DNA of 64,000 nucleotides from Lentisphaera araneosa HTCC2155 (GCA_945877655.1 CAMCSH010000001.1:1982-65981), one strand, 5' to 3'. Shown: positions 1 to 10,735, numbered from the stretch's first letter. Notes: a model not told the origin generated them from the sequence alone. Program-made: numbers and translations.

Positions 1-559
<559 letters not shown>

Positions 560-568
560 GGAGGGCAG

Positions 569-607
569 GGTTGTAAGGTTGAAAGGTTGAAAGGTTGAAA
601 GGTTGAG
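569..607. repeat. Tandem 8-bp repeat (GGTTGAAA)n, about 5 units, directly upstream of the uvrD start
   Basis: ggttgtaaggttgaaaggttgaaaggttgaaaggttgag read directly. The same unit recurs at 2177-2209, 2325-2351, 31302-31328 and 31396-31421. Confidence 0.95.
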
Positions 608-726
608 CCCAAAACAGCTCGACCCCGAAGCGGGTCTCGGATTTTAGCCCAGGGTTGAGCCGCATCGGCGACACCCTGGGTTTGGGATGAGTTATGATTT
701 TTGACCCTGAAGGGGTCGCGGATGCC
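605..726 (+). repeat. REP-like dispersed palindromic element, copy 1
   Basis: Contains hairpins GACCCCgaagcGGGTC, CCCAGGGTtgagccgcatcggcgacACCCTGGG and GACCCTgaagGGGTC. It aligns by eye along about 100 nt with the reverse complement of 11568-11683. Confidence 0.8.
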
Positions 727-764
727 GCTCCGTTGCTTGTGGGATTTCGATTCAAGCAGAGGGC

Positions 765-857
765 TTATTTATCGTGGCGGCCGCGGGCGACGCCGAAGCC
801 GAAGGCGATGAAGCCGACGATAACGAGAAGGATGACGATGATGAGAATCAGGCGCAT
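765..857 (-). CDS. Possible 30-aa hydrophobic small membrane peptide
   Basis: Reverse strand ATG 855-857 to TAA 765-767: MRLILIIVILLVIVGFIAFGFGVARGRHDK. It has one TM-like segment. There is no homology evidence and it is too short for the ORF track. Confidence 0.25.
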   Translation of the reverse strand: MRLILIIVILLVIVGFIAFGFGVARGRHDK

Positions 858-911
858 GTGAGGGGTCTCCGCCGCCACTCTGCCTTGCCTTGGCGCGAGC
901 GCAAGGTCAAG

Positions 912-999
912 ACAAAAAAGACTTCACCACGAAGACACGAAGTTCACGAAAGAAAGCCAAGAGATTTCCTCTTCGTGCTCTTCGTGTCTTCGTGGTGAA
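912..999 (-). terminator. Intrinsic terminator downstream of bioF, built from tandem-repeat arms
   Basis: Arms 923-952 (ttcaccacgaagacacgaagttcacgaaag) and 969-999 (reverse complement ttcaccacgaagacacgaagagcacgaagagg) give 20 perfect bp plus 6 more. On the minus strand the stem is followed by TTTTTT (plus-strand A-run 914-919). Confidence 0.7.
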
Positions 1000-1005
1000 T
1001 CGTCT

Positions 1006-2160
1006 TCAGCTCTTGAGCTGGGGATGATGCCGAAGAATCGCCGCGGCGAGTTCGCGGATGTCGCGGTCGAGATGCGCCGCGGTGAGGCTGAGGCGGAGGC
1101 GGCAGGAGCCTTCCGGCACGGTGGGCGGGCGGATGGCGGGGCACAGGAAGCCTTCTTCAGCCAGGGCTGCGGCGAGGCGCAGTGTGGCGGCTTCGTCGCC
1201 GCAGGGCACAGGCACGATCGGCGTCGGGTCGTGGCGGATGTCGAGACCGCCGTCGCGCAGGAGGCGTCGCAGTTCGTTGCCGAGGGCGAGGAGGCGATGG
1301 CGAAGAGCTTGACCTTCTTCCGAGCGGACGATGGCGAGGGCGGCGAGCGAGGCGGCCGGGACGGCGGGCGGCAGGGCGGTGGAGTAGATCAAGCCGCGGC
1401 AGGAGTTGACCAGGTAGTCCTTCAGCTCGGCCGACAGGCAGGCGTAGGCGCCAAAGGAGCCGAGGGCCTTGGAATAGGTGCCAAGAAGGAGATCGGCGCC
1501 GAGTCCATGCGCCGGGCCGGAGCCCTCGGGTCCGCAAATGCCGGCGCCGTGGGCGTCGTCGAGGTAGAGGAAGGCGCCGTAGGAGCGGCACAGCTCGGCG
1601 AGGCGAAGGAGATCGGGAAGGTCGCCATCCATCGAGAAGACGCTTTCGGTGACGACGAAGACCATTCCTGTCGACGGCTTTTTCAGCAGCTCTTCGAGGG
1701 CGTCGAGATCGTTGTGCGGGAAGCGCAGAAGTTCCGCGCCGGAGAGCCTGGCGCCGTCGATCAGCGAGGCGTGGGCAAGTCGGTCGGCGAGGATGCGGTC
1801 GTGGCGTCCGGCGAGGGCGGGCAGCAGGGTGATGTTTGCCTGGAAGCCGGAGTTGAGGACGAGGCAGGCCTCGCTGCCTTTCCATGCCGCGGTCTCTTCT
1901 TCGAGTCGGATCAGCAGCGGCGAGCCGCCGCAGATCAGGCGCGACGAGGTGGAGGAGGTGCTTTCCGCAGCGGCGGCAGCGGCGGCGTTGGTGACGGCGG
2001 GATGGCGTTCGAGGCCGAGGTAGGAGTTGGAGCCGAAGTTGACCAGTTCGCGGCCGTCGCGTTGCGCCCGGCGCGAATCGAGGGAGCCCTCATCACGAAG
2101 GCGGCGGAGGCGGCCTTGTTCAGCCCATAACGACAAACGCTGACGGAAACTCTCGTGCAT
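1006..2160 (-). CDS. bioF: 8-amino-7-oxononanoate synthase (PLP-dependent alpha-oxoamine synthase)
   Basis: ORF 1006..2220. It contains NFGSNSYLGL, DDAHG and the PLP-lysine motif TYSKALGSFGAY. The start was moved to ATG 2160 (MHESFRQRL...) because the first 20 codons of the called ORF translate the GGTTGAAA repeat. Confidence 0.85.
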   Translation of the reverse strand: MHESFRQRLSLWAEQGRLRRLRDEGSLDSRRAQRDGRELVNFGSNSYLGLERHPAVTNAAAAAAAESTSSTSSRLICGGSPLLIRLEEETAAWKGSEACLVLNSGFQANITLLPALAGRHDRILADRLAHASLIDGARLSGAELLRFPHNDLDALEELLKKPSTGMVFVVTESVFSMDGDLPDLLRLAELCRSYGAFLYLDDAHGAGICGPEGSGPAHGLGADLLLGTYSKALGSFGAYACLSAELKDYLVNSCRGLIYSTALPPAVPAASLAALAIVRSEEGQALRHRLLALGNELRRLLRDGGLDIRHDPTPIVPVPCGDEAATLRLAAALAEEGFLCPAIRPPTVPEGSCRLRLSLTAAHLDRDIRELAAAILRHHPQLKS

Positions 2161-2176
2161 AAACCTAAAAACCGCA

Positions 2177-2351
2177 GTTGAAAGGTTGAAAGGTTGGAAG
2201 GTTGGAAGGCGGAACAACAAAAACTAGCGTCAGGACATCAGGATGAGAGTGGTTGGGCAGACACGACAGCCACTTCGATCGCATGGTCTTGACTCTTCTT
2301 TGTTTGTTCTTGGTTTTCATGTTCACCTTTCAACTTTTCAACCTTTCAACC
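2177..2351. repeat. Inverted pair of (GGTTGAAA/GGTTGGAA)n runs flanking about 115 bp
   Basis: Left arm 2177-2209 is gttgaaaggttgaaaggttggaaggttggaagg. Right arm 2325-2351 is cacctttcaacttttcaacctttcaac, its near reverse complement. Confidence 0.9.
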
Positions 2352-2430
2352 CGGTTCCATTCTGGTGCTGGAGAAACCCCTCTTGAATCGGCGGCAATCT
2401 ACTGCGCCAAGGAGGGAATCCCACGACAGC

Positions 2431-2457
2431 AAAAAACCGCTCCCGTTTGGGGAGCGG
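2431..2457 (-). terminator. Intrinsic terminator after the EF-hand gene
   Basis: The minus strand reads ccgctcccc-aaac-gggagcgg followed by TTTTTT (plus-strand A-run 2431-2436), 25 nt after the stop at 2482. Confidence 0.75.
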
Positions 2458-2481
2458 CTCGTCGAATCTTCCGGTCAGGAA

Positions 2482-2850
2482 TTATTTCGATTCGGGCTTG
2501 CCTTCGCCTTTGCCTTTGCCTTTGCCGCGTTTTGGCATGGCGGCTTTTTCTTCGTCGCTGAGTTTGCCGTCGCCGTCTTTATCGAACTTCTTCAGCATTT
2601 CGGCTTCATGCGCAGCTTTGCCAGCGGCTTTGGCAGCGGCTTTTTCTTCGTCGTTAAGTTTGCCGTCGCCGTCTTTGTCGAACTTCTTCAGCAATTCTTC
2701 CATAGTGGGACGATGGTGCTCGCCTTTTTTGGCTTCGCCACCGGCTTCGGGTTTTTTGCCTTCGCCGCCGGCGGGAGCGGCGGGTTCTTCAGCGCGGACG
2801 TTGAGGGCGAGGAAGAGGGAGAAGGCGGCAGCGAAGGAGAGGATTTTCAT
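2482..2850 (-). CDS. Secreted EF-hand calcium-binding protein (two EF-hand loops)
   Basis: Start at ATG 2850. Signal peptide MKILSFAAAFSLFLALNVRA, followed by two copies of LKKFDKDGDGKL(N/S)DEEKAA (DxDxDG loop). Confidence 0.75.
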   Translation of the reverse strand: MKILSFAAAFSLFLALNVRAEEPAAPAGGEGKKPEAGGEAKKGEHHRPTMEELLKKFDKDGDGKLNDEEKAAAKAAGKAAHEAEMLKKFDKDGDGKLSDEEKAAMPKRGKGKGKGEGKPESK

Positions 2851-2924
2851 GTGCAGGGCTCCAGGTTTTTGTATTTGGCACCGTGAAATCGGTGTCCGAA
2901 CCTGCAACGAGATCTGCCAGGTCT

Positions 2925-4283
2925 TTATTGTGGTATTCTCGCACAAATTTCCGAAGCCGCCTCTTTGCCGGTGCGGGCGCAATCATCCATGGAAACCCCG
3001 TGGTAGGCGTTGCCGGCGAGGAGAATGGGCGTTCCGGTGAGGGCTTTATCGAGCTCGTCGACGAGGCGGAAATGGAATGGTGCCGGGCTCGGGATCGCCC
3101 GCGGCCAGCGGATGATTTTGACGAAGTCGGGGTCGCGTCCGAGTTGCAGGGTGCGGCGCAGTTCGGGCAACAAGATCGACTTGAGCTCGTCATCGCCGAG
3201 ATTGAGAAGCTCGGGCGAACGGGGGCCGCCGAACATCATCCGCAGCACTTCATGGCCGGGAGCGCAGCGGCCGGGAAAGACGCGGGAATCGAGCAGGCAG
3301 CCGAGGATCTGGGCGGGCTCGGAGGAGGGCACGAGAAAGCCGAAACTCGGCGGCAGCAGAGGCGCGCCGGAGCTGCGGAAACCGCAAACCGCGACACCCA
3401 TCGAGGTGTAGGCGATGGCTTGATTGCGCTGCCGCAAATCCGGCGGCAGGAGATCGCCGAGAAGTGAGCTCACCGCGTCGGCCGGGCAAGCGAGGATGAG
3501 GCCGTCGAACACCCCGCTTTCCGCGCCGGATTCGAGCCGTACCTGGCGGCCCTCGAGACGGATCGACGTGACGGCTTGATTGAGCAAGATGCGAGAAGGA
3601 AGTGGGATCTGGGCCGCAAGCGCCTCAATCAAGCTGCCCATGCCGCGTTTCAGGCTGTGCAGGCCGGGACCTTTTTTCTTCGGACCGGAGCTTTTCGGAC
3701 GCGAGGCGAAGGCGCCGCGAGTGACCGAGCCGTAGCGGCGCTGCCAAGCGAAAACCGGCGGAAAACAGGAGCGCATCGACAGCTTGCGGCAATCGGCGCC
3801 GAAGACCCCGGTGCAGAAGGGATCAAAAACCGCGTCGGCGAATTCCGCGCCCCATTGCTTCGAGGCGAAGTCGTGAACGCTCTCGTCCTCCTCGGTGCGC
3901 GGTCTTTGGAAGAAGTCGCCGGCGAGCCGCATCCGGCCTTTCCAACTCAGGCCTTCCCAGCCGAGGATCTGGAGCGGCTTGCTCGGCAGTTTCAGCAGGC
4001 GCTTCTGCCGCCAGAGATAGCGGTGGGCCGCGGCTTCATCCGCCTGCATCACTTCGCCACCGAGGCCGACTCTTTCCACCAGCGAGCTGATCGACTGACG
4101 CGATGCCAGCCAGCCGTTCGGTCCGTGCTCGTAGAGGAAGCCACCTTCGAGCTCGGTGCGGATTTTCCCTCCGACGTGAGGCCCAGCCTCGAACACCGTC
4201 ACTTGGCATGCAGGACGCAGCTGCAGGATCTCCCACGCTGCGCTCAATCCGGAAAGGCCGGCGCCGATGATAGCAATTTTCAT
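2925..4283 (-). CDS. hemY: FAD-dependent protoporphyrinogen/coproporphyrinogen oxidase (HemY family)
   Basis: 452 aa with an N-terminal Rossmann motif MKIAIIGAGLSGLSAA. Length and overall pattern are typical of HemY/PPOX. Confidence 0.75.
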   Translation of the reverse strand: MKIAIIGAGLSGLSAAWEILQLRPACQVTVFEAGPHVGGKIRTELEGGFLYEHGPNGWLASRQSISSLVERVGLGGEVMQADEAAAHRYLWRQKRLLKLPSKPLQILGWEGLSWKGRMRLAGDFFQRPRTEEDESVHDFASKQWGAEFADAVFDPFCTGVFGADCRKLSMRSCFPPVFAWQRRYGSVTRGAFASRPKSSGPKKKGPGLHSLKRGMGSLIEALAAQIPLPSRILLNQAVTSIRLEGRQVRLESGAESGVFDGLILACPADAVSSLLGDLLPPDLRQRNQAIAYTSMGVAVCGFRSSGAPLLPPSFGFLVPSSEPAQILGCLLDSRVFPGRCAPGHEVLRMMFGGPRSPELLNLGDDELKSILLPELRRTLQLGRDPDFVKIIRWPRAIPSPAPFHFRLVDELDKALTGTPILLAGNAYHGVSMDDCARTGKEAASEICARIPQ

Positions 4284-4318
4284 GAGTGGGGCTTTGTGCT
4301 TTAGGGCTAGGGCTTGGT

Positions 4319-4350
4319 CGATATCGCGACATCACGATATCGCGATATCG
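4319..4350. promoter_or_regulatory. Perfect 16-bp palindrome CGATATCGCGATATCG plus an upstream half-site; candidate operator
   Basis: The palindrome lies at 4335-4350. A direct copy of cgatatcgcga lies at 4319-4329. The site is 36-67 nt upstream of the hemY start (4283, minus strand). Confidence 0.4.
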
Positions 4351-4367
4351 GGCAAGCCGCGCATTGC

Positions 4368-4763
4368 TTACAACGCCGAAACATACCACCACTTCCCATC
4401 CTCTTTGACGAAGCTCGAGATCTCGCGATGGGCGTAGGTGCCGTCGGCGTCGCTGAAGCGGGCGACAAATTCGACCAGGCCGTCGCTGTCCTTGGCTTTG
4501 CCGGCCTTGGTTTTCAGGACGCTGAGGCCGGTGAAGCGGCTGTTGTGAGCCCAGGCGAGGATGTTGGCTTCATCGTCGACGCTGCGTTGCGAGGGGTGCA
4601 AAGTGGCGATCAGATAGGCCGCGTCGGCGCGGGTGTAGGCGGTGTACCGCGAGCGCATCAGTTCTTCGGCGGTGGCGGGTTGACGGCTGCCATCGAGGAA
4701 GGGGGCGCAGCAGAGCGCGGCCTTGCGGCTGTTGCCGCAGGGGCAAAGTTCGGCCAGATTCAT
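4368..4763 (-). CDS. ychJ: YchJ family protein (UPF0225, SEC-C motif)
   Basis: MNLAELCPCGNSRKAALCCAPF... has the SEC-C-type CPCG..CC motif and is 131 aa long. Confidence 0.8.
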   Translation of the reverse strand: MNLAELCPCGNSRKAALCCAPFLDGSRQPATAEELMRSRYTAYTRADAAYLIATLHPSQRSVDDEANILAWAHNSRFTGLSVLKTKAGKAKDSDGLVEFVARFSDADGTYAHREISSFVKEDGKWWYVSAL

Positions 4764-5563
4764 CGATTTTCCTGTTTCAATTGTTGGCTGAAGAGCGGCA
4801 GGACGCGGCAGAGGCGATCGGTGATGTGTTCGACGCCGAGATCGCGCAAAATCTGAGCTTTGACTTCGCAGTAATGGTGGCGGCTTTCTTCAATGGCAAT
4901 GCCGATCCGCGGGGAGCTTAGCACCTTGCCGGCCCGCATCTCGGCAGGGCCGTCGCCGACGACACCCAGCTCGGAGCTCGGGATGCCGTGCTTCGTCGCG
5001 ATCGCTTCGAAACGCAGGCGCTTGAAATCGGGGCCATCGACCGGGCTGGCGCCGTGCACGCCGGTGAAGTAGCTGATCAGGCGGAGATGACGCAGCTCGT
5101 TCTCGACCGAAGCCTGTGGGCTGCCGGTGACCAGATGCACCGCGATGCCGCGGCGGCGGCACTCGGTCAAGAGGCCGACCGCTCCTGGCAGGAGCCAGCG
5201 GCGCGGCTGCCATTTCAGGCGCGCCAGGCAGCGCTGATCGTAGCCGCACGACAAGGCGTCGCCGGCGACTGTGGTGTTGCTGAAGGGGCGTCCGCCGAGA
5301 CTCTCGAGCAGATGCGAAATCTTCTGCGCCTGGGTGTGCGCCGTCGAGCCGGCGGAGCTGTGGACGAAGATCCGGATCTCTTCTTGATACGCAGCCGGAT
5401 CCAGCCCCGCGTCGCGGAAGGCCTGTAACATGAAAGTCCGCAGCACCCCGGGCGCTCCCTGGCGCAGGGTCGACAAAGTGCCGTCCCAGTCAATCGCGAT
5501 GACCTTCGGCAGCGGATCTCCCGCTCTCATCTTCGAGTCTCCTGATCTCATGTAAATCTCCAA
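4760..5563 (-). CDS. HAD superfamily hydrolase
   Basis: Has the DxDxT motif IAIDWDGTL. It overlaps the ychJ start by 4 nt. The start codon is uncertain (ATG at 5563, 5551 or 5530). Confidence 0.65.
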   Translation of the reverse strand: MEIYMRSGDSKMRAGDPLPKVIAIDWDGTLSTLRQGAPGVLRTFMLQAFRDAGLDPAAYQEEIRIFVHSSAGSTAHTQAQKISHLLESLGGRPFSNTTVAGDALSCGYDQRCLARLKWQPRRWLLPGAVGLLTECRRRGIAVHLVTGSPQASVENELRHLRLISYFTGVHGASPVDGPDFKRLRFEAIATKHGIPSSELGVVGDGPAEMRAGKVLSSPRIGIAIEESRHHYCEVKAQILRDLGVEHITDRLCRVLPLFSQQLKQENR

Positions 5564-5596
5564 ATTCTCGTTTCAAAAAAACTTTGCCCAGGTCCC

Positions 5597-5673
5597 TAGT
5601 TCTTCCCTAGTTCTTCCCTGGTTCTTCCCTAGTTCTTCCCTAGTTCTTCCCTAGTTCTTCCCTAGTTGTCTCC
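5597..5673. repeat. Tandem 11-bp repeat (TAGTTCTTCCC) x7
   Basis: tagttcttccc repeated seven times with 3 substitutions. It fills the gap between the hydrolase stop (5678) and the HAD start (5563). Confidence 0.95.
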
Positions 5674-5677
5674 CAGT

Positions 5678-6472
5678 TCAAATTCTCCGGCTGAACAAGG
5701 ACGGCACGAAGCCGCGGATCTCGTCGAGTCTGGCGCGCGACAAGTCGTGAATCAGCAGGCCGGGGGCATCCTCGAGCTGCGCTTGGACATCGCCCCAGGG
5801 ATCGATGACGCAGGAGTGTCCGTAGGTGGCGATGCCGGTATCCGGGTGGACACCGCATTGTGCGGCGGCCGCAACGAAACACTGGTTTTCCACGGCGCGG
5901 GCCCGCAGCAGCAGGTCCCAATGGGCCCGGCCGGTTTTGCGGGTGAAGGCTGCCGTGTTGAGGATGCAATCGGCGCCGGCGTAGCGGCGCCAGAGCTCGG
6001 GGAAGCGCAGGTCGTAGCAGATGGTGAGGCCGAAGCTCCAGCCGCCGAGGTGCAGCAGCAGGGGCGAGCCGTCGCCGAAGGCATAGGTCGCGGTTTCATC
6101 GACCTGTTTTTCGCCGGCGAAGAGCTGGAAGAGGTGGGTCTTGCGGTAGATGCCGAGGCTGGCGCCGTTCTTGTCGAAGCACAGCGAGCTGTTGTAAACC
6201 TTGCCGTCGCGCAGTTCCGGCACGCCGCCCCAGACCGCTGGCAACTTGTGCTCTTTCGACAAGGCGCCGAGCAGCTGATTCCATTCCGCCGCCGAGCGCG
6301 CCGCCGGGGCAATGCCCTCCGGCTTCGCCTGGCAGAGGATGCATTCCGGCAGGACCAGCAGCTGAGCGCCGCGCGCCGCAGCTTCGCCCATCTGGAGCCT
6401 GGCCCAATCGAGATTGTCCTGAACCTGGTCGCCCGAGCAGGACTGCGCCAGAGCGAGACGGAAGCTGTTCAT
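5678..6472 (-). CDS. Carbon-nitrogen hydrolase (nitrilase superfamily, omega-amidase/YafV-like)
   Basis: Catalytic E-K-C context: LLVLPE, YRKTHLF, ICYDLRFPE. Start chosen at ATG 6472 (MNSFRLALAQ). Confidence 0.8.
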   Translation of the reverse strand: MNSFRLALAQSCSGDQVQDNLDWARLQMGEAAARGAQLLVLPECILCQAKPEGIAPAARSAAEWNQLLGALSKEHKLPAVWGGVPELRDGKVYNSSLCFDKNGASLGIYRKTHLFQLFAGEKQVDETATYAFGDGSPLLLHLGGWSFGLTICYDLRFPELWRRYAGADCILNTAAFTRKTGRAHWDLLLRARAVENQCFVAAAAQCGVHPDTGIATYGHSCVIDPWGDVQAQLEDAPGLLIHDLSRARLDEIRGFVPSLFSRRI

Positions 6473-6987
6473 GCGGGACTCCTGAGTGAATTTCTGTGCT
6501 GGGGAAATGGAGCTGCAAAGCAAGTGAAATCAAGCAGCGAGCTCAGGGGAATGATTCACCGGACCCCCAAAAAACATCTCCCAATGCACGGCAACACCCC
6601 TCCGAGTCCATCAAACAGAAAATGCGGCGCGAAGAACTGACGCAGACTGCGTCCGCAACCTAACTGGCGGGGTATTCGAGGGCCCAACTTGGTCGCATCC
6701 CCTCCCCTCTTGATTTTTCCCTGCCGGGCTTCAGTTGGAAGTGCCTAATTCCTGTTTAAAAGTCACCGCATGGCGGTCGATGCCAGCACAGTCGGAAGCG
6801 CCGCCCCGAGGCCTCGGTCCCCGGAGCGGGAGCATGAGTTGCAGGTTCTGATGTAAGTAGAACAGCCACCCTAAGTAGCCTCATTATTGAGGCGACGATC
6901 ATGAAAGCAGGCACTCAAGTCAAAGAGAACCTATTTGCCTGATTCTCTGCTCCGCTTACACCACCCCGCAACACCCGAGGATCCCCG

Positions 6988-9186
<2,199 letters not shown>

Positions 9187-9426
9187 TCCCGGCCACCCTG
9201 GGTAGCTGCCACTAGGCAACCAGGCTTTCAAGCGGAGATCGACTTCCGCGGCGTCATGGCCCCCTGAGGCGACAAAACCAACTTGCAACCAAGCATTAAA
9301 GAGTCGCAGAAGAAACCGGCCAGAGGCGAGATGAAGGGCAAAAATTAAGATTCAAGTTAACAGCCACAACACTTTGTCATTTGCAGAAGACCCTATAGAT
9401 TTGGCCCAATTTCTCCGGAGGAATCC

Positions 9427-10728
9427 GTGCGCTTTCAATGTGAACACTGCAGCGGCATCATTGCCATCGACGACAGCGACCTCGGCCAATACGTTGGCTG
9501 CGGTCACTGTGACCAGCCCGTACAAGTCCCGGCCGAACGCTTCGGCCCCAGCGTCGTCATCAACGACTACATCATCGAGAAGCTCCTCGGCAAAGGCGGC
9601 ATGGGTGTGGTCTACAAGGCCTACCAGATGTCCCTCGACCGTACCGTGGCTTTGAAAATCATGACCATCTCAAGCGAGCAGAACCAGGCGGCAATCACCG
9701 ACTTCATCCGTGAAGCCCGCGCCGCCGCCCGCGTCAACCACCCCAACATCGTCCAAGCCTACGCCGTCGGCCAGGAAGAGGGTGTCTACTTCCTCGCCAT
9801 GGAAATGGTCGAGGGCATGACCATGAAACAGCTGCTCGACGCCAATAACAAATTGCCGCTCGAACTCTGCCTCGACATCACCCGTCAAGTCGCCGAAGCT
9901 CTGGGTCACGCCTGGTCCGAGCAGAAACTGGTGCACCGCGACATCAAGCCCGACAACATCATGATCGTCGGCGATACCTGCGTCGCCAAGCTGATGGACC
10001 TGGGTCTCTCCCGCTTCGCCAATGACATCCTCGCCGGCAACGATGAAAGCGACGAGATCATGGGCACGCCGCAATACATCTCCCCCGAACAGCTGGTCGG
10101 CTCGGCGATGGACTTCCGCGGTGACCAGTACTCCCTCGGCGCCACCCTCTACCACTGCCTCACCGGCGAATTTCCCTTCAACGGCCGCAACGCCGCCGAC
10201 ATCGCTCGCAAGCACCTGCAGGACCCCCTGCCGCCGCCCACCGTGCACGATGCCTCGATCCCCGAATCGGTCTGCCGCCTCCTCACCAAGATGATGGCCA
10301 AGCACCCTGACGACCGCTTCCCCGACGCCGCCTCGCTGGCCCGCGAAATCGACACCATCAAGAAGAACCTCACCTCTTCGGGCGGCCAGGTCGGCAAAAC
10401 CGGCTCCGGCCGCATCGTCTTCACCGCCCCCAAGAAGCAGAGTGCCGGCAAATCCTCCAACGGCCCCGAAAAAGAATTCGTCGCCCATAAGACAAACCAA
10501 AAGCCGGAAGCCAAGGCCAACCATCGCCCGAGCTCGAAAAGCTCGGGATCGAATCCGCCCGCCTCCAAAGCCACCGGCATGCACAAGGCCAGCGCCGCGA
10601 CCGGACTGCGCCCTTCCGCTACCCGCGCCCAGGAGCAAGGGCCCAACTGGGGACTTATCGGCATGATCGGCATGATCATCCTCGGCATCGTCATCGGCGC
10701 CATCGCCGCGATGGTCTCCAAGGGCTGA
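9427..10728 (+). CDS. Ser/Thr protein kinase with N-terminal CxxC..CxxC zinc ribbon and C-terminal TM anchor
   Basis: GTG start. MRFQCEHCSG...GCGHCDQP, then kinase motifs GKGGMGVVYKA, HRDIKPDN, DLG and GTPQYISPE. The C-terminal hydrophobic segment is LIGMIGMIILGIVIGAIAAMV. Confidence 0.85.
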   Translation: MRFQCEHCSGIIAIDDSDLGQYVGCGHCDQPVQVPAERFGPSVVINDYIIEKLLGKGGMGVVYKAYQMSLDRTVALKIMTISSEQNQAAITDFIREARAAARVNHPNIVQAYAVGQEEGVYFLAMEMVEGMTMKQLLDANNKLPLELCLDITRQVAEALGHAWSEQKLVHRDIKPDNIMIVGDTCVAKLMDLGLSRFANDILAGNDESDEIMGTPQYISPEQLVGSAMDFRGDQYSLGATLYHCLTGEFPFNGRNAADIARKHLQDPLPPPTVHDASIPESVCRLLTKMMAKHPDDRFPDAASLAREIDTIKKNLTSSGGQVGKTGSGRIVFTAPKKQSAGKSSNGPEKEFVAHKTNQKPEAKANHRPSSKSSGSNPPASKATGMHKASAATGLRPSATRAQEQGPNWGLIGMIGMIILGIVIGAIAAMVSKG

Positions 10729-10735
10729 CGGACGA

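Noticed and set aside
6641-6987. PerR/OxyR-type operator upstream of katG (cctcattattgagg, about 6881-6894).
   Set aside because: It has only 5-bp arms around a 4-nt spacer and does not match the consensus boxes I know. It cannot be supported without comparative data.
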